Part shown: positions 60,881 to 64,000 of the stretch, piece after piece
Layout: every line of letters begins with the position of its first letter
How positions within the stretch are numbered: the stretch's first letter is position 1
Assembly: GCA_963705505.1 (NCBI GenBank)
Contig: CAVPJU010000010.1
Span: 802,017 to 866,016, forward strand
DNA from: an uncultured bacterium
Lineage (GTDB): Bacteria; Desulfobacterota_D; UBA1144; Nemesobacterales; UBA2774
Reading direction: 5' to 3'
DNA: 64,000 nucleotides
Translations under genes and position numbers: made by a program
Notes under the pieces: generated by a model
What the model was told of the DNA's origin: nothing
The model's input: the letters and a program-made list of their open reading frames with translations, nothing else
The model's database searches: none

Positions 60881-61201
60881 TTAGGATCCCGTTAGTTTTA
60901 TCTCAACCTCAACGCCTGAAGCCAGATCAAGCTTCATAAGCGCATCGATTGTCTGTTGTGTAGGCTCGAGTATATCCACAATCCTCTTGTGAGTTCTAAT
61001 CTCGAAATGCTCTCTCGAATTTTTATCGACATGAGGAGACCGCAGCACGCAATAGCGGCTTATGTGTGTAGGCAGCGGAACCGGTCCGGCTACTTTCGCC
61101 CCGGTCCTTTTGGCCGTATCCACAATTTCCACAGATGATCTGTCAAGCAGCCTGTGATCGAAAGATTTCAATTTTATACGTATTTTAGCAGCACGATTCA
61201 T
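60881..61201 (-). CDS. rpsJ: 30S ribosomal protein S10
   Basis: [38 protein letters not shown]. Confidence 0.97.
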   Translation of the reverse strand: MNRAAKIRIKLKSFDHRLLDRSSVEIVDTAKRTGAKVAGPVPLPTHISRYCVLRSPHVDKNSREHFEIRTHKRIVDILEPTQQTIDALMKLDLASGVEVEIKLTGS

Positions 61202-61223
61202 AAATTAATTCCCTTTAGCACGG

Positions 61224-62408
61224 TCACTCCACGATTTTAGTAACAACACCTGCACCTACCGTCCTTCCGCCTTCCCTGATCGCAAACCGGAGCTGATCCT
61301 CTAACGCCACGGGCGCTATAAGCTCAACGTCCATGTTTATGTTGTCCCCGGGCATCACCATCTCCACTCCCTCGGGAAGCACTATCGACCCCGTCACGTC
61401 CGTCGTCCTTAAATAAAACTGAGGACGGTACCCGGGGAAAAACGGCGTATGCCTCCCACCTTCTTCCTTCTTCAACACATACACCTCCGCCTTGAACTTC
61501 TTATGCGGCGTTATGCTCCCAGGTTTTGCGAGAACCTGCCCCCTCTCAACCTCGTCCTTCCCCGTTCCCCTCAGCAGCACTCCCACGTTATCCCCCGCAT
61601 GCGCATCGTCCAGAATCTTCCTGAACATCTCAAGGCTCGTCGCCACAGTCTTGCGCGTATCCCTGAACCCCACTATCTCCACCTCGTCCCCTGCCAATAT
61701 CTTCCCCCTCTCCACTCTGCCCGTCACGACCGTTCCCCTTCCAGATATAGTGAACACGTCCTCTATCGCCATCAAAAACGGCTTGTCCATCTCCCTCACG
61801 GGCACCGGTATGTACTCGTCTATCGCTTTCATCAAATCCATTATCTGGTTCATCGCCGCCGGGTCTTCCTCAAGCGCCTTTAACGCGCTCACCCTCACCA
61901 CCGGCACATCGTCCCCGGGGAACCCGTACTGGCTCAATAAATCCCTTACCTCAAGCTCCACAAGGTCCAATAGCTCTTCGTCGTCCATCATGTCCACTTT
62001 ATTAAGCGCTACCACTATGTAGGGCACCCCTACCTGCCTCGCAAGCAGTATGTGCTCCCTCGTCTGGGGCATAGGACCGTCCGGTGCGCTCACTACCAAT
62101 ATCGCCCCGTCCATCTGCGCCGCTCCCGTTATCATGTTCTTTACGTAGTCCGCGTGCCCGGGACAGTCAACGTGCGCATAGTGCCTCTTCGGCGTCTCGT
62201 ACTCCACGTGCGCTATGTTTATCGTTATGCCCCTCTCCCTCTCCTCAGGAGCCTTGTCTATCTCCGAAAACTCCACGTACTTCGCACCCCCGGACTTGCT
62301 CAATACCTTCGTTATCGCCGCCGTCAGCGTCGTCTTCCCGTGGTCCACGTGACCTATCGTCCCTATGTTTAAATGCGGCTTCCCCCGCGCAAATTTCTCC
62401 TTAGACAT
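61224..62408 (-). CDS. tuf: Elongation factor Tu
   Basis: [39 protein letters not shown]. Confidence 0.99.
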   Translation of the reverse strand: MSKEKFARGKPHLNIGTIGHVDHGKTTLTAAITKVLSKSGGAKYVEFSEIDKAPEERERGITINIAHVEYETPKRHYAHVDCPGHADYVKNMITGAAQMDGAILVVSAPDGPMPQTREHILLARQVGVPYIVVALNKVDMMDDEELLDLVELEVRDLLSQYGFPGDDVPVVRVSALKALEEDPAAMNQIMDLMKAIDEYIPVPVREMDKPFLMAIEDVFTISGRGTVVTGRVERGKILAGDEVEIVGFRDTRKTVATSLEMFRKILDDAHAGDNVGVLLRGTGKDEVERGQVLAKPGSITPHKKFKAEVYVLKKEEGGRHTPFFPGYRPQFYLRTTDVTGSIVLPEGVEMVMPGDNINMDVELIAPVALEDQLRFAIREGGRTVGAGVVTKIVE

Positions 62409-62448
62409 CTCCTGTTACTACCTCCTTAACGCAAAACGGCATGCTTAT

Positions 62449-64000
62449 TTAAACAGCCCTTACGTTAGTCTTAAGATTTTCAGAAAGTAATTCCGGCAAA
62501 GCTGAATAATGCGAAAATTCCATTGTAAACGATCCCCTGCCCTCTGTCATCGATCTCAATTCCGTGGCATAACCGAACATTTCGGACAGCGGAACTTCAG
62601 ACTTTATGGCCTGCATGCTTCCGCGGAGCTCCGTGCCCATGATCTTCCCTCTTCTCGACTCAGATTGCCCATCACGGACCCATGAAATCCTCGGGCACCA
62701 CGACCTCGACTTTCATGAAGAGGCTCGAGAATTATAGGTTTTGCCCTCATTACGGCATCCTTGAAAGCCATAGAAGCCGCGATCTTAAATGCGATTTCGG
62801 AACTGTCCACTTCGTGATAAGTCCCGTCGTAGAGCCTCACCACCACGTCTATGACCGGATAACCGGCTACGACTCCCGTCTCGGATGCCTCTTTTATTCC
62901 TTTTTCCACAGCCGGGATATATTCCCTGGGTATCGTGCCGCCCTTGACTTCGTCCACGAACGTGACGCCTGACCCTTCCTCACCGCGCTCCATTTTTATT
63001 TTCACATGGCCGTACTGACCCCTGCCGCCCGTCTGTCTTATAAACTTCGCCTCGACATCGGAACTCTTCGTGATTGTTTCCCTGTACGCGACCTGCGGCC
63101 TGCCTACGTTTGCGTCGACGTTAAACTCGCGTCTCAGACGGTCAACGATTATTTCGAGGTGCAGTTCGCCGATGCCGGAGATTATGGTCTGGCCTGTTTC
63201 ATCGTCGATATATTTAACTTTAAATGTGGGGTCTTCGAGAGAGATTTTATTAAGGGATATGCCCAGCCTCTCCTGGTCGGATTTGGTCTTGGGCTCGATC
63301 GATATCGATATCACGGGTTCTGCAAAGTAGAGACTCTCGAGAAGGATCGGCTTGTCCTCATCGCATAACGTATCACCCGTAGTCGTCACTTTGAGCCCTA
63401 CCGCGGCGGCAATACCGCCCGCACCTATCTCTTTTATATCTTCCCTTTTATTGGAATGCATCCTGACGAGCCTTCCGATCTTTTCCCGTTTATCCTTAGT
63501 GGAGTTATAAACGGTGCTGCTCGAAACCAGCTTTCCCGAATACACCCTCAGGTACGTTAGCTGGCCTACGAACGGATCGGTCATGATTTTAAAAGCAAGA
63601 GCCAAGAAGGGCTCTTCGTCTTTCGGGCACGTAACCTCTCCCTGATCCGTATCGGTGTTTATACCCTCTATCGGAGGGACATCCACGGGGGAGGGCAGAT
63701 AGCTCACTATCGAATCCAAAAAGCAGCTGAAATCCGCTCATATTTCTTAAAATGCCGAGCCCGAGTATAACGGGCACTATCTTCACTCATTGTGGATTTT
63801 CTTATCGAAGCCTCTATCTCCTCTTGGGATACGGACTCTCCGTTCAGGTATTTTTCCATAATCGCTTCATCGAAATCGGCAAGCGATGTATGAGTTTATC
63901 TCTTCCGGCCTCCGCTTCCTGCTGCATGTCGCCGGGGATATCCGCCCAATCGTATTGAAGTCCCAGGGATTCCTCGTCCCAGAGGGCAAGCTTCATTCTT
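62449..64000 (-). CDS. fusA: Elongation factor G (3' part; several apparent frameshifts; runs off window end)
   Basis: [76 protein letters not shown]. Frame breaks near 62640-62720 and 63720-63900. Confidence 0.95.

Noticed and set aside
46000..63958. Many long plus-strand ORFs opposite ribosomal genes, tuf and fusA
   Set aside because: Antisense shadows of conserved genes with no independent coding signals.
1..64000. tRNA, rRNA, CRISPR arrays, IS elements, prophage genes
   Set aside because: None recognised by eye; dedicated scans were not possible.

Overview
Bacterial chromosomal window from a diderm organism. The ribosomal proteins and RpoA look deltaproteobacterial; Ca. Dadabacteria/Desulfobacterota is my guess, not a computed result. 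The assembly appears to carry single-base indel errors: even the essential fusA is broken several times, so I reconstructed several genes across frameshifts by eye. Layout: (1) 1-8.6 kb housekeeping genes (tolB, HNH nuclease, lgt, lnt, hisC, hisD). (2) 8.9-35.3 kb exopolysaccharide/surface-glycan locus: wza, wzc, two O-antigen ligase/Wzy-like proteins, wzm/wzt, eight GT2/GT4 glycosyltransferases, a deacetylase and a methyltransferase. (3) 35.6-39.0 kb module with Fur-like boxes: porin, FMN-binding protein and membrane protein. (4) 39-46 kb: Sel1 lipoprotein, a second glycoside-hydrolase-like paralog, metF, ubiE/menG, pdxH and an LLM oxidoreductase. (5) 46-64 kb str-S10-spc-alpha ribosomal superoperon on the minus strand, lacking rpmD. 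The glycan locus has three unusual elements: a priming phosphoglycosyl transferase fused to two MshEN-like (c-di-GMP-binding fold) domains; a CmoA-like carboxy-SAM synthase beside a methyltransferase with no cmoB nearby; and a c-di-GMP-I riboswitch, downstream of a sigma54-like promoter and overlapping a terminator, in front of a secreted DNRLRE/glycoside-hydrolase-like protein.
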